The translations under genes and the position numbers were made by a program. From a bacterium (GTDB taxonomy: Bacteria > JADJOY01), in the NCBI GenBank assembly GCA_046331705.1, contig JAXLQJ010000023.1, positions 1 through 64,000 on the forward strand: 64,000 nt of DNA. Direction: 5' to 3'. Positions within the stretch are counted from its first letter, which is position 1. Each line of letters starts with the position of its first letter. The notes under the pieces were generated by a model. It was not told the DNA's origin, made no database searches, and was given only the letters and a program-made list of their open reading frames with translations. Below, piece after piece: positions 30,532 through 40,338 of this stretch.

Positions 30532-32748
30532 TCAGCGGAACTCGAGAGCCACGCTCACGCCCAGGGTGCGCGGCGGCGCGGCCTCGCCCACGAATCCCGA
30601 CGGGGTCGTGAACGGGATCGCGAGCGGGATCACGCGCTCGTCGCCGAGGTTGCGACCGAAGAGCCGCACGCTCAGCGCGTCGTAGCCGAGCCACACCGCG
30701 GCGTCGAAGAGATCGTACGGCGCGAGACGCTCGGTGTTCGCCGCCTCGTAGAAGTAGTCGCCCCGGCGAATCCATTCGCCGCGAACGCCGATTCTCCAGT
30801 GCTCGCCCAGCGTCCGCTCGTAGGTCGCCGCCAGGAACACGGTCAGCTCGTCGGCGAACGGCAGGCGATTGCCGCCCACGTCCTCGCCGAGGTAGCGGCT
30901 GCCGGCCCCGAACCGCGCGTCGAGCACGCCCAGCGCTGCGTCGATGCTCAAGCCGGCGATCGGCCGCGCCCGCGCTTCCAGCTCGATTCCCTGGCTGCGC
31001 GCGTGGCCGGTGTTGTCGATGTAGTAGCGCCCCGGCGCTCCCGCGAGCGGGACGTTGAGCTGCAAGTCGTCGAGCTCCACGCGGAAGAACGCCAGGTTGG
31101 TCTCCACGCGCTGCGCGAGGAACGTCGACTTGGCGCCCAGCTCGTAGGCCCAGCTCCATTCCTCGCCGTAAGCGATCGAGTCGGCCGGCGCCAACGCGTT
31201 GAACCCGCCAGCGCGATAGCCGCGCGCCGCCGAGACGTAGACGCGGTGCTCGGGCAGCGGCGCGAAGCTCAGGATCGCGCGCGGTGACACCGACTGGAAC
31301 GAGCGGGTGTCGTTCACCGCCACGGGCTCCACCAGCGGCAGCTCGCCGCCCGGGAGCTCGAGCGCGGTGACGGAGTCGATGTCGGCGTGCTTGCGCTCCA
31401 GGTCGTAGCGCAGCCCGGCGGTCGCTTCCCACTGCTCGAGAAAGCCGAGCGTCGCTTGCGCGTAGAGCCCCACTCCCCCGTCGTCGAGCACCGCGCGCGT
31501 GCGGTCCTGGGCCGGCTCGAAGCGCTCGTTCAAGAGATCGCGGAGCGCCGGTGGGACGGCGATGCCGCCGCTTTCGAGCAAGTACGCGGGTGCGATGAAG
31601 TTCGTGGTGTCCTGGGCGTCGTCGTGAAGAAAGCCGAACACTCCCGCTTGACCGCCCCACGTCGTGCCGAGCCCCAGCGGCTCGGCGTCGCGGGTGGCCA
31701 CGCGCAGCTCTTGGGTGAGCTGCCAGCCGTCGCGAACGCTGGTCCGCGTCAGATCGGGCTCGGCGGTGGCGTCGAGGTCGGTGGTCTCCGCTGCGCGGTA
31801 GTCGACGAAGCCGGTGATGGATTCGACCGCGAGTGAATCGCCGCGGTGGTGGACGTCGAGCGTCTGCGCGTTCAGATCACGCTGGGTGCGACCCTGGAAA
31901 TCGTGGCTCACGCGATCGGGGTTCGCGCGCAGCGCGGCGAGGTCGCCGAGCGCGAAGTCGCCGTCGTTGGCGGACTCGCCGCGGGCGATGAGCCGCGCGC
32001 CGAATCCACCATCGCCGTCACCGCCGAGCTTGAGCGCGTAGAAGCGCGCGGCGCGGTCGTCGAGGCGATCTCCGGTGACGGTGTTCGTCGAGTAGCCGTC
32101 GCGAGTCGATTCGCCGTACGCCAAGCGCACGCCGAGCGGCGTGTCGAAGAGCGGCCCCCCGAGCGCGGCGCGCAGGTCGCGGCGCGCGAAGTCGCCGAAG
32201 GTGAGCTCGCCGCGGCCGCCCCAGCTCGGGGTCGGTGCGATCGACGTCACGTTGAGAACGCCGCCGAGCGTGTTGCGGCCGTAGAGCGTGCCTTGCGCGC
32301 CGCGCACCAGCTCGATCCGCTCGACGTCGAGCAGCTCCTGGCTCGAGGTGTCGCCCGAGAGCTGCGGGACTCCGTCGAGATAGGTGGTGACCCCGGGGTT
32401 GGTGGTGCTGCCGCCGATGCCGCGGAACTGGGGATTGCTCACCGCCCGCGCCGTGAAGTCCACGAGCCGCGCGTTGGGCGCCAGCTCCGCCGCCTGCGCC
32501 GTGGAGCGCAGGTCCGCGCGCTCGAGCTCGGCCCGGCCCACCGCGGTGACCGAGACGGCGGTCTCGTTCGCGGGCTCCGCGATCCGGTTGGCGGTGACGA
32601 CCACGGTCTCGACCGTCGCTCGTTCGTCGTCGTCTTCCGCGTCGTCTGCGCGTGCCAGCGGCAAGCCCGTCGCGAGCAGCGCGAGCAGCAGCGCCGGAAC
32701 CGCAGGCCGTGCTCGCCAGGGCACGCTTCGAGATCGGGGGGAACGCAT
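30532..32748 (-). CDS. TonB-dependent receptor
   Basis: Signal peptide; TonB box ETVVVTA; plug motif RIELVRGAQGTLYGRNTLGGVLN; C-terminal beta-strand ending LEFR. Confidence 0.93.
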   Translation of the reverse strand: MRSPRSRSVPWRARPAVPALLLALLATGLPLARADDAEDDDERATVETVVVTANRIAEPANETAVSVTAVGRAELERADLRSTAQAAELAPNARLVDFTARAVSNPQFRGIGGSTTNPGVTTYLDGVPQLSGDTSSQELLDVERIELVRGAQGTLYGRNTLGGVLNVTSIAPTPSWGGRGELTFGDFARRDLRAALGGPLFDTPLGVRLAYGESTRDGYSTNTVTGDRLDDRAARFYALKLGGDGDGGFGARLIARGESANDGDFALGDLAALRANPDRVSHDFQGRTQRDLNAQTLDVHHRGDSLAVESITGFVDYRAAETTDLDATAEPDLTRTSVRDGWQLTQELRVATRDAEPLGLGTTWGGQAGVFGFLHDDAQDTTNFIAPAYLLESGGIAVPPALRDLLNERFEPAQDRTRAVLDDGGVGLYAQATLGFLEQWEATAGLRYDLERKHADIDSVTALELPGGELPLVEPVAVNDTRSFQSVSPRAILSFAPLPEHRVYVSAARGYRAGGFNALAPADSIAYGEEWSWAYELGAKSTFLAQRVETNLAFFRVELDDLQLNVPLAGAPGRYYIDNTGHARSQGIELEARARPIAGLSIDAALGVLDARFGAGSRYLGEDVGGNRLPFADELTVFLAATYERTLGEHWRIGVRGEWIRRGDYFYEAANTERLAPYDLFDAAVWLGYDALSVRLFGRNLGDERVIPLAIPFTTPSGFVGEAAPPRTLGVSVALEFR

Positions 32749-32766
32749 GCCGCCGGATCGCGGGGC

Positions 32767-33327
32767 TCACCCGCCGCGTCCGTGTTCCCCGGAGGCGAGC
32801 GGCGCCTGTGCGGGCTCGTCCCAGCCGGGGATTCCGGCGGCAATGGCGTGAATCGAGATGCGTAGCCACACGATCGCGACCAGCACCAGCATCGCGGTCC
32901 CGGCGACGACGATGCGTCGCAGCGCGTGACGCGGATCGCGTGGCTTGCGAGCGACCGCCGCATGCAGCTCGCCCAGGGCGAACGTCGCCATGGCCGCCGC
33001 GATCACCCCGTAGAGCACGATCTCCAGCGCTTCCAGCGCCTGGAAGGCGATCGCGCCCACGCCACGACTCTGGGAGAAGCCGACCACGATGCGGGTCGCG
33101 CCCCACAGGCAGATCTGTCCGAAGTGGGCCAGGAACTCGAACGCGGCGGCGGCCAGCGCGACGAACGCGGCGATCGCCACGAGCCGCGCGAAGGCGCGCC
33201 CCAGCGGGCGCCGCGCGTGCGACGGTGGCGCGTGCAGGCGCTCCTCGAGCGCCTCGCCCCGCGTCACGCCGAACGCGCGTGACGCCTCGCGGACGAGCTC
33301 AACGAGCGTCGCCGTCCACGGACGCAT
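32767..33327 (-). CDS. Hypothetical membrane protein
   Basis: ATG after GGAAAGGGA; 3-4 hydrophobic segments. Confidence 0.5.
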   Translation of the reverse strand: MRPWTATLVELVREASRAFGVTRGEALEERLHAPPSHARRPLGRAFARLVAIAAFVALAAAAFEFLAHFGQICLWGATRIVVGFSQSRGVGAIAFQALEALEIVLYGVIAAAMATFALGELHAAVARKPRDPRHALRRIVVAGTAMLVLVAIVWLRISIHAIAAGIPGWDEPAQAPLASGEHGRGG

Positions 33328-34351
33328 GCGTCCCTTTCCGCGGCACCAGGTGGAAGAGAAGCGCCGCGATTCCACCGGCCAGCATGACGGATTGGCAGGC
33401 CAGCGCCACGACGTTGTCGAGGCGACCATCGAAGAAGAAGATCCGCTCGGCTCCGTGCTCGCCGTGGGGCGGAAGCCACTGCATGTCCAGATACCACTCG
33501 GTGCGGCCGGCGACCCGCAGCAGCTCGAGGCTCACCAGCAATCGCAGCGGCGAACGGTTGCGCCGGATCCAATCCGTCCAGCCCCTTGCACGCGCGAGCG
33601 GATCGTCGGCGAGCAGCAGCAGCGCCGCCACGATCAGCTCCCACAGCAACGTGTGCATCGTGAGCGCTTCCATGTGCCGGTCCTGGGGCGACCAGGTGCC
33701 GACCATGGCGCCGCGCACCCACACGGTGACGAGCAGCATCGCGACGACGCACGCCGTGACGCGTGACGGGCTCGCGTCCCCGATGCCGCCGCTCGCTTGC
33801 CGATCGTCGGCCGGCTCGGTCGAGCCGATCGCCACGAACGCCAGCAACGCGCAGGCACTCACGCAGGCCGCGCCGAGCAGCTCGCGCCCGTCGAGCGGCC
33901 CGACGTAGAGATTGCGGCCGTAGGCGCTGTCGAAGAGCTCGGCTTGCAGCACCTCGCGCAAGCCTCCCAGGACGATGATGCAGAGCACGCCGAGCGCGGC
34001 CGAATCCGCGTGACATCGCAAGAGACGGCTCAGCGTGCCCAGACGCTGCTCGCGCGGGACGCTGCGATGGTCCCAAAGCCGCAGCATGAATGCGGTGAGC
34101 ACGGTGCCGAAGAGCGTGACCCGAAGCGGCCAGTTGATGACCCAGCACATCAGACCCGGCGTGGCGACGTTGGGAAAGTTGAGGTGTTGCGAAGGTGCCA
34201 GCGCGGGCGCCCCATAGAGCAGCATGGCGCCGCCGAGCCCGAAGCCCGCGAGCCACGCGCAACCGGCGAGCGCGTCGATCCAGGCGCTTCCACGCCGCGT
34301 CGCGGCGCACGCCGCCGCCGCAATCGCGCGCACGCGCTCGGCCGCCGTCAT
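33299..34351 (-). CDS. Hypothetical polytopic membrane protein
   Basis: ATGA coupling to the upstream gene; about 7 TM segments. Confidence 0.6.
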   Translation of the reverse strand: MTAAERVRAIAAAACAATRRGSAWIDALAGCAWLAGFGLGGAMLLYGAPALAPSQHLNFPNVATPGLMCWVINWPLRVTLFGTVLTAFMLRLWDHRSVPREQRLGTLSRLLRCHADSAALGVLCIIVLGGLREVLQAELFDSAYGRNLYVGPLDGRELLGAACVSACALLAFVAIGSTEPADDRQASGGIGDASPSRVTACVVAMLLVTVWVRGAMVGTWSPQDRHMEALTMHTLLWELIVAALLLLADDPLARARGWTDWIRRNRSPLRLLVSLELLRVAGRTEWYLDMQWLPPHGEHGAERIFFFDGRLDNVVALACQSVMLAGGIAALLFHLVPRKGTHASVDGDAR

Positions 34352-35649
34352 GGTGCCAGCAGTGTCGTCATCGCGGGGGTGGTCGCGTCGCCGCCGACAC
34401 CGTCCCAGCGTACGACCGTGCCGGTCCTGAGCTGGGCAGCGAAGAGCCGGCGGTTCGCGCGATCGAGGGCGAGCGCCACCGGGCGCGCGGGCGCAGCGAG
34501 CACGCCGCGCGGCTCGAGCCCGGGCACGGCGAGGCGCGAGATCCGATCGGAGAAGTGGTTCGCCACCCACAGCGACCCGGTGTCCGGATCGGCGAGCAGG
34601 CCCAGCGGCCCCGCGCCGGTCGCGCGCTCGTCCACGACCGCGAGGGTTCGGAAATCCACGGCGCGAACGACTCCGTCCTTCTCGTCCGCCGCGTAGATCC
34701 GGTCGCGATCCGCGTCCAGCACGATCGACTTCACGTAGCGTCCGACGCTGGCGGATCGCTCCACGCGCAGGCTCGCATCGAGCACGTAGATCCGACCGCC
34801 CGGCGGTTCGACCACCACGACCTCGCCGGTCGCCGCGACGGGAACCACTGGCCACGGCAGCGCCGCCCAGTCGCGGCGGCCCAGCGAGATCCACGGTGAA
34901 GCCCCGGCGGGCTCCCATCCACTCGGCTCGCGCGGACGCATCCGCAACACCTGGATGGCTTCCGCCGCCTGCTGCTCACGGCCATCGTTTCGCACGCACA
35001 CGAGCGAGCCATCGGCTTCCGTGGCCATCCCCCAGGTGCCGAAGTTCCAGCGAGCCGAGCTGCTGGCTTCCCGCTGCGTCGCCGCCGTCGCATCCGCCGG
35101 GCTCCGGCTCGATCCCGTGTCGGCGGACCTGGTCTCGCGCTCGGGGTTCGGGCCTTCCGGCACGAAGCAGCGATCGTCGCCGGTTCGGCGCGCGATCTGC
35201 GTCCACTGGACTTCGGGACCGCTTTCCTTCCACGCCAGCCACGGCTGGCGCGTGGCCTTCGCGGCGGCGCGGACCTCGCACACGTCCGGTCGATCCTGGA
35301 ACGACACCAGCGGCCGTCCGTGGCGCGCCGACCACGTCAACACCAGCGGCCGGCCCGCGAACGTGGCCCGCTCCAGCACGCGGCCGTCGTCCGGGGCCAG
35401 GGCGAGCACCGCGTTCTCGTTGATCTGGGCGACGAAGAGCCGGCTACCGTCGGGGCTCAGCACGAGATCGATGGGGCCGCTGCCCCATCCCAGGTGCGCG
35501 CCGTCCAAGCGGCCCGCGCGATCGATGTGAAGGCCGAGCGCGAGCGCGGTCAGCACCACCGCGACTCGCGAGCAGGCGAGCGCGCGTTCCCGCCGCGGGC
35601 CCGTCGCGAATCCGCGTGCGCGCTCCCGCAGCGCTCGAAAGCCTTCCAT
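34348..35649 (-). CDS. YncE/YVTN-like beta-propeller protein
   Basis: GPIDLVLSPDGSRLFVA, GPLGLLADPDTGSLWVAN, PVALALDRANRRLFAA repeats; N-terminal TM/signal. Confidence 0.75.
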   Translation of the reverse strand: MEGFRALRERARGFATGPRRERALACSRVAVVLTALALGLHIDRAGRLDGAHLGWGSGPIDLVLSPDGSRLFVAQINENAVLALAPDDGRVLERATFAGRPLVLTWSARHGRPLVSFQDRPDVCEVRAAAKATRQPWLAWKESGPEVQWTQIARRTGDDRCFVPEGPNPERETRSADTGSSRSPADATAATQREASSSARWNFGTWGMATEADGSLVCVRNDGREQQAAEAIQVLRMRPREPSGWEPAGASPWISLGRRDWAALPWPVVPVAATGEVVVVEPPGGRIYVLDASLRVERSASVGRYVKSIVLDADRDRIYAADEKDGVVRAVDFRTLAVVDERATGAGPLGLLADPDTGSLWVANHFSDRISRLAVPGLEPRGVLAAPARPVALALDRANRRLFAAQLRTGTVVRWDGVGGDATTPAMTTLLAP

Positions 35650-35887
35650 GGGTCGCCCCGAAACCTCGTGTCGCGCGCTGGCTGCGCTGGTGCTGAGATC
35701 GTGACGCGCCGGGCGGGGGGCGGCGGGCTCGACGCTCGCGTCGGATCGCTCGAGCGCATGTAGGCCAGCGCCTTCGCTCAAGTCAAGCGCCACGCGATCG
35801 CGCCGCGCGGCGGCGACGGTGCCGCGCTCGCGAAGCGTCGGGAGCGCGAACCAAGCGAGCCGGCCGAGTCCCCGCGCCCTGGCTCGC

Positions 35888-36787
35888 TCAGCCCTTGAAC
35901 ACCACGGTGAGCCGATGGTCGCGGAGCTCGAGGTCGTGAGCGGAGGTGGCGACGCGTTGGACCTCGGGCGCGTCGAGACGCAAGCGCGCCAGCGGCCGAT
36001 GCGCGCGGCCGTGCCAGGGGCACACCAGGGCGTCGCCGTCGTGCCGCGCGTCGTCGAGGCAGGCGCCATCGTGGGCGCACATGCGCGGGTAGACGCGCAG
36101 CTCTCCGTCGCGAGCCTCGACGCGCACGCCGTCGTGTCCGTCGCTGCCGAGCAGAACGGTGCGCGGCTGGCCGTCGAAAGGGCCGACTTCCTGCCGCCAC
36201 CCCGCGCCGGCGGAAACGGGCGCCACGACGTTGTCCTGCGCGAGGTTCAAGGAGCCGCGATAGGTCGCGGGAGAGTCGTTGGTGAAGCCATAGCCGCGCC
36301 CACGCAGCGCGGCCCGCCGTGCGCGCAGCGGCAAATCCTCGCGGTCGATGCGCTCGTGATTGCGCAACAGGATGCGGCCGATCCACGGATGGAAGAGCTT
36401 GAGCCAGCGCGGCGAGCCCACGTGAAAGCACGTCTCGACGCGCGCCTTGCCCTCGACGCTGGAAAAGCTCGACTCGGAGAAGAGCACGAAACACGCGAAG
36501 CTCGTGAAGTAGAAGTGGCGCCCTGGCGCGACCGCGAAGTGAGCGACGCTCAAGGGCAGCCGAAATCCCGCCACGCGCTGAAAGAGGAAGCTCGCCGAGC
36601 GATCGTCGGATACCGCCACCGGCACCGCGCCGAGCGCGCCGTGGACATGCGCCACGTGTGCCAGGTCGCGTTGATTCCAGTCCACGTCGCTGGGTGCGTA
36701 GCGGCCGACCTCGACCCACTCGAAACGCGAGAAGACGTAGCCGTCGCGCTCGAGATCGCGCCGCACGTCCGCGAGCGAGCGCTCCAT
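35888..36787 (-). CDS. Rieske non-heme iron oxygenase-like protein with inverted domain order
   Basis: N-terminal NQRDLAHVAHVH and later REDL; C-terminal CAH-x16-CPWH Rieske motif. Confidence 0.8.
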   Translation of the reverse strand: MERSLADVRRDLERDGYVFSRFEWVEVGRYAPSDVDWNQRDLAHVAHVHGALGAVPVAVSDDRSASFLFQRVAGFRLPLSVAHFAVAPGRHFYFTSFACFVLFSESSFSSVEGKARVETCFHVGSPRWLKLFHPWIGRILLRNHERIDREDLPLRARRAALRGRGYGFTNDSPATYRGSLNLAQDNVVAPVSAGAGWRQEVGPFDGQPRTVLLGSDGHDGVRVEARDGELRVYPRMCAHDGACLDDARHDGDALVCPWHGRAHRPLARLRLDAPEVQRVATSAHDLELRDHRLTVVFKG

Positions 36788-36887
36788 GGTCAGCCTCGGC
36801 CGGCTCGCGGCGAGTGGCGGCCCGCCGTCGACGCCGTTCCGTGCAGGCGGCGGCTCGGTCGCATCGGCGCCGGCACGGCGAATCCCG

Positions 36888-37829
36888 TCACGCGCCGAAT
36901 GCGCAGACCGCGAAGAGCAACGCAGCGAGACCGAGCGCGAGCCGCCGGTGGCGGATGCGCAGGCGCGCGGCGTCGGCAGGTCGTCCGCCGTGCAGCACCA
37001 GCGCGGCGGCGCTCACCGTGATCGCGGCCAGCCAGCGAGGCGCGCTCGACGGCCCGGCCGCGAGAAACGCGACGGCCACCGCCAATCCGAGCCACGCCGC
37101 GGCGACCAGCGTCGTGCGCCCGCCCCACGTCACCGCGGTGCTGTGCACCGCCGCGTGCAAGTCTTCGTCGCGGTCCGCGACCTCGTGGATGAGCTGGGCC
37201 TGGGTCTGGAGCGTCACGAACGTCGCCAGCAGCAGCCCGAAATGAGGCGCCGTCGCCCAATCGCCGATCAGGAACGCGAGCGGCGCGAAGATCCCGCAAT
37301 TGGTGATGGTCGAGAGCAGCGGCAGACGCTTGAGTCGGGGACCCACGCTGTAGAGGCTGGCCCAGAACACCGACAGCACCGCGGGCAGCACGTGCACTCG
37401 CGGCGCGGCAGCCGCGAGCACCACCGCCGCGACCGCGCACCCGGCGACGGCGACCGCAACCGCGGGCGGCACGCGCGTCACGCGCACCAGCGGGTTCTTG
37501 GATGCGCTCACATCGTCGTGGCGATCGGCGATGGCGTTGAGGCCGTAGGCGTACCCGAGGCAGAGCGCCGCCACCCCTGCCGCCGGCGCGTAGGCACGCG
37601 CCGCGTCCACCGGATGGCGTGCCAGCTCACCCACGAGGGGGATCGCCGGCGCCAGGACGAAATGCGCCCATTGGCGCGCGCGCAGCACCGACCACGCGCC
37701 CGCGACCTCGGTCGCGCGCTGCGGAACGTCCTCTTCGCGACACGTCGGCGCCGTCACGCCCGCCGCTGGAACGCCCTGCTGCGGGGGTAAAGCGGACGCG
37801 ACGGGTTGTTCGACCGCGAGCTCGACCAA
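36888..37829 (-). CDS. UbiA family prenyltransferase
   Basis: LRARQW, LNAIADRHDD, KNPL, YSVGPRLKR, HEVADRDED; multi-TM; start uncertain. Confidence 0.85.
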   Translation of the reverse strand: MVELAVEQPVASALPPQQGVPAAGVTAPTCREEDVPQRATEVAGAWSVLRARQWAHFVLAPAIPLVGELARHPVDAARAYAPAAGVAALCLGYAYGLNAIADRHDDVSASKNPLVRVTRVPPAVAVAVAGCAVAAVVLAAAAPRVHVLPAVLSVFWASLYSVGPRLKRLPLLSTITNCGIFAPLAFLIGDWATAPHFGLLLATFVTLQTQAQLIHEVADRDEDLHAAVHSTAVTWGGRTTLVAAAWLGLAVAVAFLAAGPSSAPRWLAAITVSAAALVLHGGRPADAARLRIRHRRLALGLAALLFAVCAFGA

Positions 37830-37869
37830 GCCTGAGAACCGTGAGCGTGTCGCAGGGGAGCCAGCGCGG

Positions 37870-37905
37870 ACTCTACCGGCGCGCGTTTCGCAGAGTCAAC
37901 GAAAC
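37870..37905 (-). promoter_or_regulatory. Sigma70-type promoter with an inverted repeat straddling -35
   Basis: Minus strand TTGACT-N18-TAGAGT (37899-37870); GTTTCG-N9-CGAAAC (37885-37905). Confidence 0.55.
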
Positions 37906-37953
37906 TCCGCGCGTTTCCTCGGATGGGGGCGCGATTCCAGAGCTCCGCCGCGA

Positions 37954-40266
37954 CTACGAGGGTCGACCCACGGCGAGGTCGGCGACCACCTCGCCGACAC
38001 GCACGATCGGCAGCGTGGGACCGGGCGCACCGACGATCCGCTCCACGAGCGCGGGGTCGAGACGGCGGTAGTTCCACGCGGCCTCGACGTGGAACGAGCA
38101 GCCGTCCGCCGTGGGATCACACGCGAGCGTGGAGCGATCGAGCCTCACCTCGTGGTTCCCCACCACCGGAATCCGTCCCAGCTCCACGACCTCGTGCACG
38201 GCGTGGAGCCGATGGTCGTGGATCGGCTCGCCGGCGGCGTCCCGCAGCCGATGACCGAGCTGGGGTGCGCCATCGGGCCCGTTCGCGCCGACCTCGAGGA
38301 CGATGCGCCCGGCGGCGTCGGTGGCGCGCGCCGACAACCACACCTGGAAGAGATCGGTGGGACCGCTCGGGAAGGCGTGTCCGATCTGCCCCGAGTTCCG
38401 GGTGCGAATCACCAGCGCGTCGTCCGCGAGCTCGGCCTCCATGACCAGCAGCGGCCCGGGCGTGGCTTGCGGTGGCCGCTGCGCCGCGAGCGCTTGCTCG
38501 TCGAACGGCTCGCGGCCCGCGGGCGGCAGCGGCGTGTGGCCGGAGAGCGCGGCGACCACCTCGCTCACGCCCTCCTCGCCGTGCCCCACGGCGGCCACGT
38601 AGGTGCTCGCGGCGAGGAAGCGGTGGTCGTGGACGGGCGTGCCATAGGCGCGCTGGTAATGGGTCATGTGGCACGAGGTGCAGGTGATCCCCGCATCCGC
38701 CGCGGGCGACGTGCGCCACGACGAGTACTGGTCCTGAAGCGGCTCGGTCATGCGGCCGTGCGTCGACGGACCGAGGGTCTGCACGTGACAGGGCCGGCAC
38801 GAGCTCGCGTCGTGGATCGCGAACCGGTAGCGCTCGCGGTGTCGTTCGAGGCGGCTCGAGACGAGCGTGTTCTGGATCAGCCGGCGCGCGCCGGGGACGC
38901 GATCGAGGTGCTCTCCGAGTCCGGGGCGCTCGATGAGCAGCGAAAAGCCGTCTGCGCCGAGCGGCTTGGCCGTCAGCGCGCCGTCGGCGTCGCCGGCGGG
39001 AGTGGTGCGATGGCACGAGACGCAATGCACTCCCGCCCGATAGCCCTCGCTCTCCACCACCGCGTCGAAGCTCGCGCCCACCGGGTCGCGCGCGTGCGGC
39101 GCATGACAGCGCAGACAGACGCGCACCTCCTCCGGGCCACGCTGGTCGCGGAGTTGGCGCAGCATCGCGGTGAAGAGCGGGTTGGCCGCGGCGCGCGCGT
39201 GCGAGGAGCGGGACCAGCCGTAGACCACGTCCACGTGGCAGCTGTCGCACGCCGCCGGCAGCACCACGCTGAAGCCCGCGCCCATGGGCGCGAGCGCGTC
39301 GTCGTCGCTCTCGAAGCGCCCCACGCGCGCGCTTCCCGCGATCGTGACGATGGCCGTGACCAGGATCGCCAGCACGAACGTCGGCGCGGCCGCGCGCCGC
39401 AGCGGCTCCGACCACGGATAGGCGCGGCGTGCCGGGTTCGCCAGCCGTGCCGCGCGGGTCCGCGCCGAGCGGACGTGCGCCAGCACCAGCACCAGCGCGA
39501 TCCACGACGACGAGACGTGCACGAACCACGGGATCGGCAGCTTCTCGAGCCCTGGCACCCGCGCATAGAGCATGAGCCCGAACGCCGTTCCGGCGCCGCC
39601 GATCGCGGCGACCAGGCACGTCAGCATCGCCAGGCCGCCGAGCCCGCCTGGCGTGCGCGTGACGTTGCCGGTGCTGCGCGCGACCGCCCACAGCACGATC
39701 GCGGCGATGCCGACGCCGATCACCAGCACCCGGGGCGCGTTCGAGCCCGTGGCGACGGCGATCAACACGAACACCACCAGCACTCCCGCCAGGCCGATCG
39801 CGAGCGAGGCGGCGCGCCCCAGTCCGACGACACGCACCGCCGCCAGCAGAGCGACGATGCCGCCGCCGATGAAGAGCGCGCGGACATGACCCGCGGTGTA
39901 AGGCCCGTGAGTCACGATGTACGCGACCGCCAGCGCGACCGCGAGCGCCAGCGCCGCGAGCTTCTTCGCCTGGAAGGGCTGATCCGGCGCGAGCCAGGTG
40001 CCGCCGAAGAGCGCCCGCACGGCGAGGATCGGCTTGCGCGTCGATTTCCGCGCCGCGCGCTCGGGCGCCGCGAGCGTCTGCGCCAGATGGACCGCGACGT
40101 ACGCGATGCCCAGCACGATCACGATCAGCCCCGCCGCGGCGTGGGCGAGCTCGACGAACTGGATCGCGAGCGCCGGCCGCGATTGGGTCCAGGTGAACGC
40201 ACCGCTCGCGGCGAGGAAGAGCAGTAGCCCCGCCAGCACTCCCCTGAGCCGGCTCTCGGTGCTCAA
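37954..40266 (-). CDS. Membrane-anchored pentaheme cytochrome c with His-bearing TM domain (copy 1)
   Basis: CDSCH, CLRCH, CVSCH, CRPCH, CTSCH; HDHRF, GHAFPSG; N-terminal TM helices; TTG start after GAGGAG. Confidence 0.88.
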   Translation of the reverse strand: MSTESRLRGVLAGLLLFLAASGAFTWTQSRPALAIQFVELAHAAAGLIVIVLGIAYVAVHLAQTLAAPERAARKSTRKPILAVRALFGGTWLAPDQPFQAKKLAALALAVALAVAYIVTHGPYTAGHVRALFIGGGIVALLAAVRVVGLGRAASLAIGLAGVLVVFVLIAVATGSNAPRVLVIGVGIAAIVLWAVARSTGNVTRTPGGLGGLAMLTCLVAAIGGAGTAFGLMLYARVPGLEKLPIPWFVHVSSSWIALVLVLAHVRSARTRAARLANPARRAYPWSEPLRRAAAPTFVLAILVTAIVTIAGSARVGRFESDDDALAPMGAGFSVVLPAACDSCHVDVVYGWSRSSHARAAANPLFTAMLRQLRDQRGPEEVRVCLRCHAPHARDPVGASFDAVVESEGYRAGVHCVSCHRTTPAGDADGALTAKPLGADGFSLLIERPGLGEHLDRVPGARRLIQNTLVSSRLERHRERYRFAIHDASSCRPCHVQTLGPSTHGRMTEPLQDQYSSWRTSPAADAGITCTSCHMTHYQRAYGTPVHDHRFLAASTYVAAVGHGEEGVSEVVAALSGHTPLPPAGREPFDEQALAAQRPPQATPGPLLVMEAELADDALVIRTRNSGQIGHAFPSGPTDLFQVWLSARATDAAGRIVLEVGANGPDGAPQLGHRLRDAAGEPIHDHRLHAVHEVVELGRIPVVGNHEVRLDRSTLACDPTADGCSFHVEAAWNYRRLDPALVERIVGAPGPTLPIVRVGEVVADLAVGRPS

Positions 40267-40338
40267 CGCGCGCTCCTCATCGCACGTTCCTCCCGAGACG
40301 CGAGGCCGCGGGCGATCGATCCGGGCCGCGGCACGCGC

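Noticed and set aside
32767-34351. One frameshifted membrane gene rather than two
   Set aside because: The downstream ORF has its own ATG and plausible RBS; there is no homology evidence to join them
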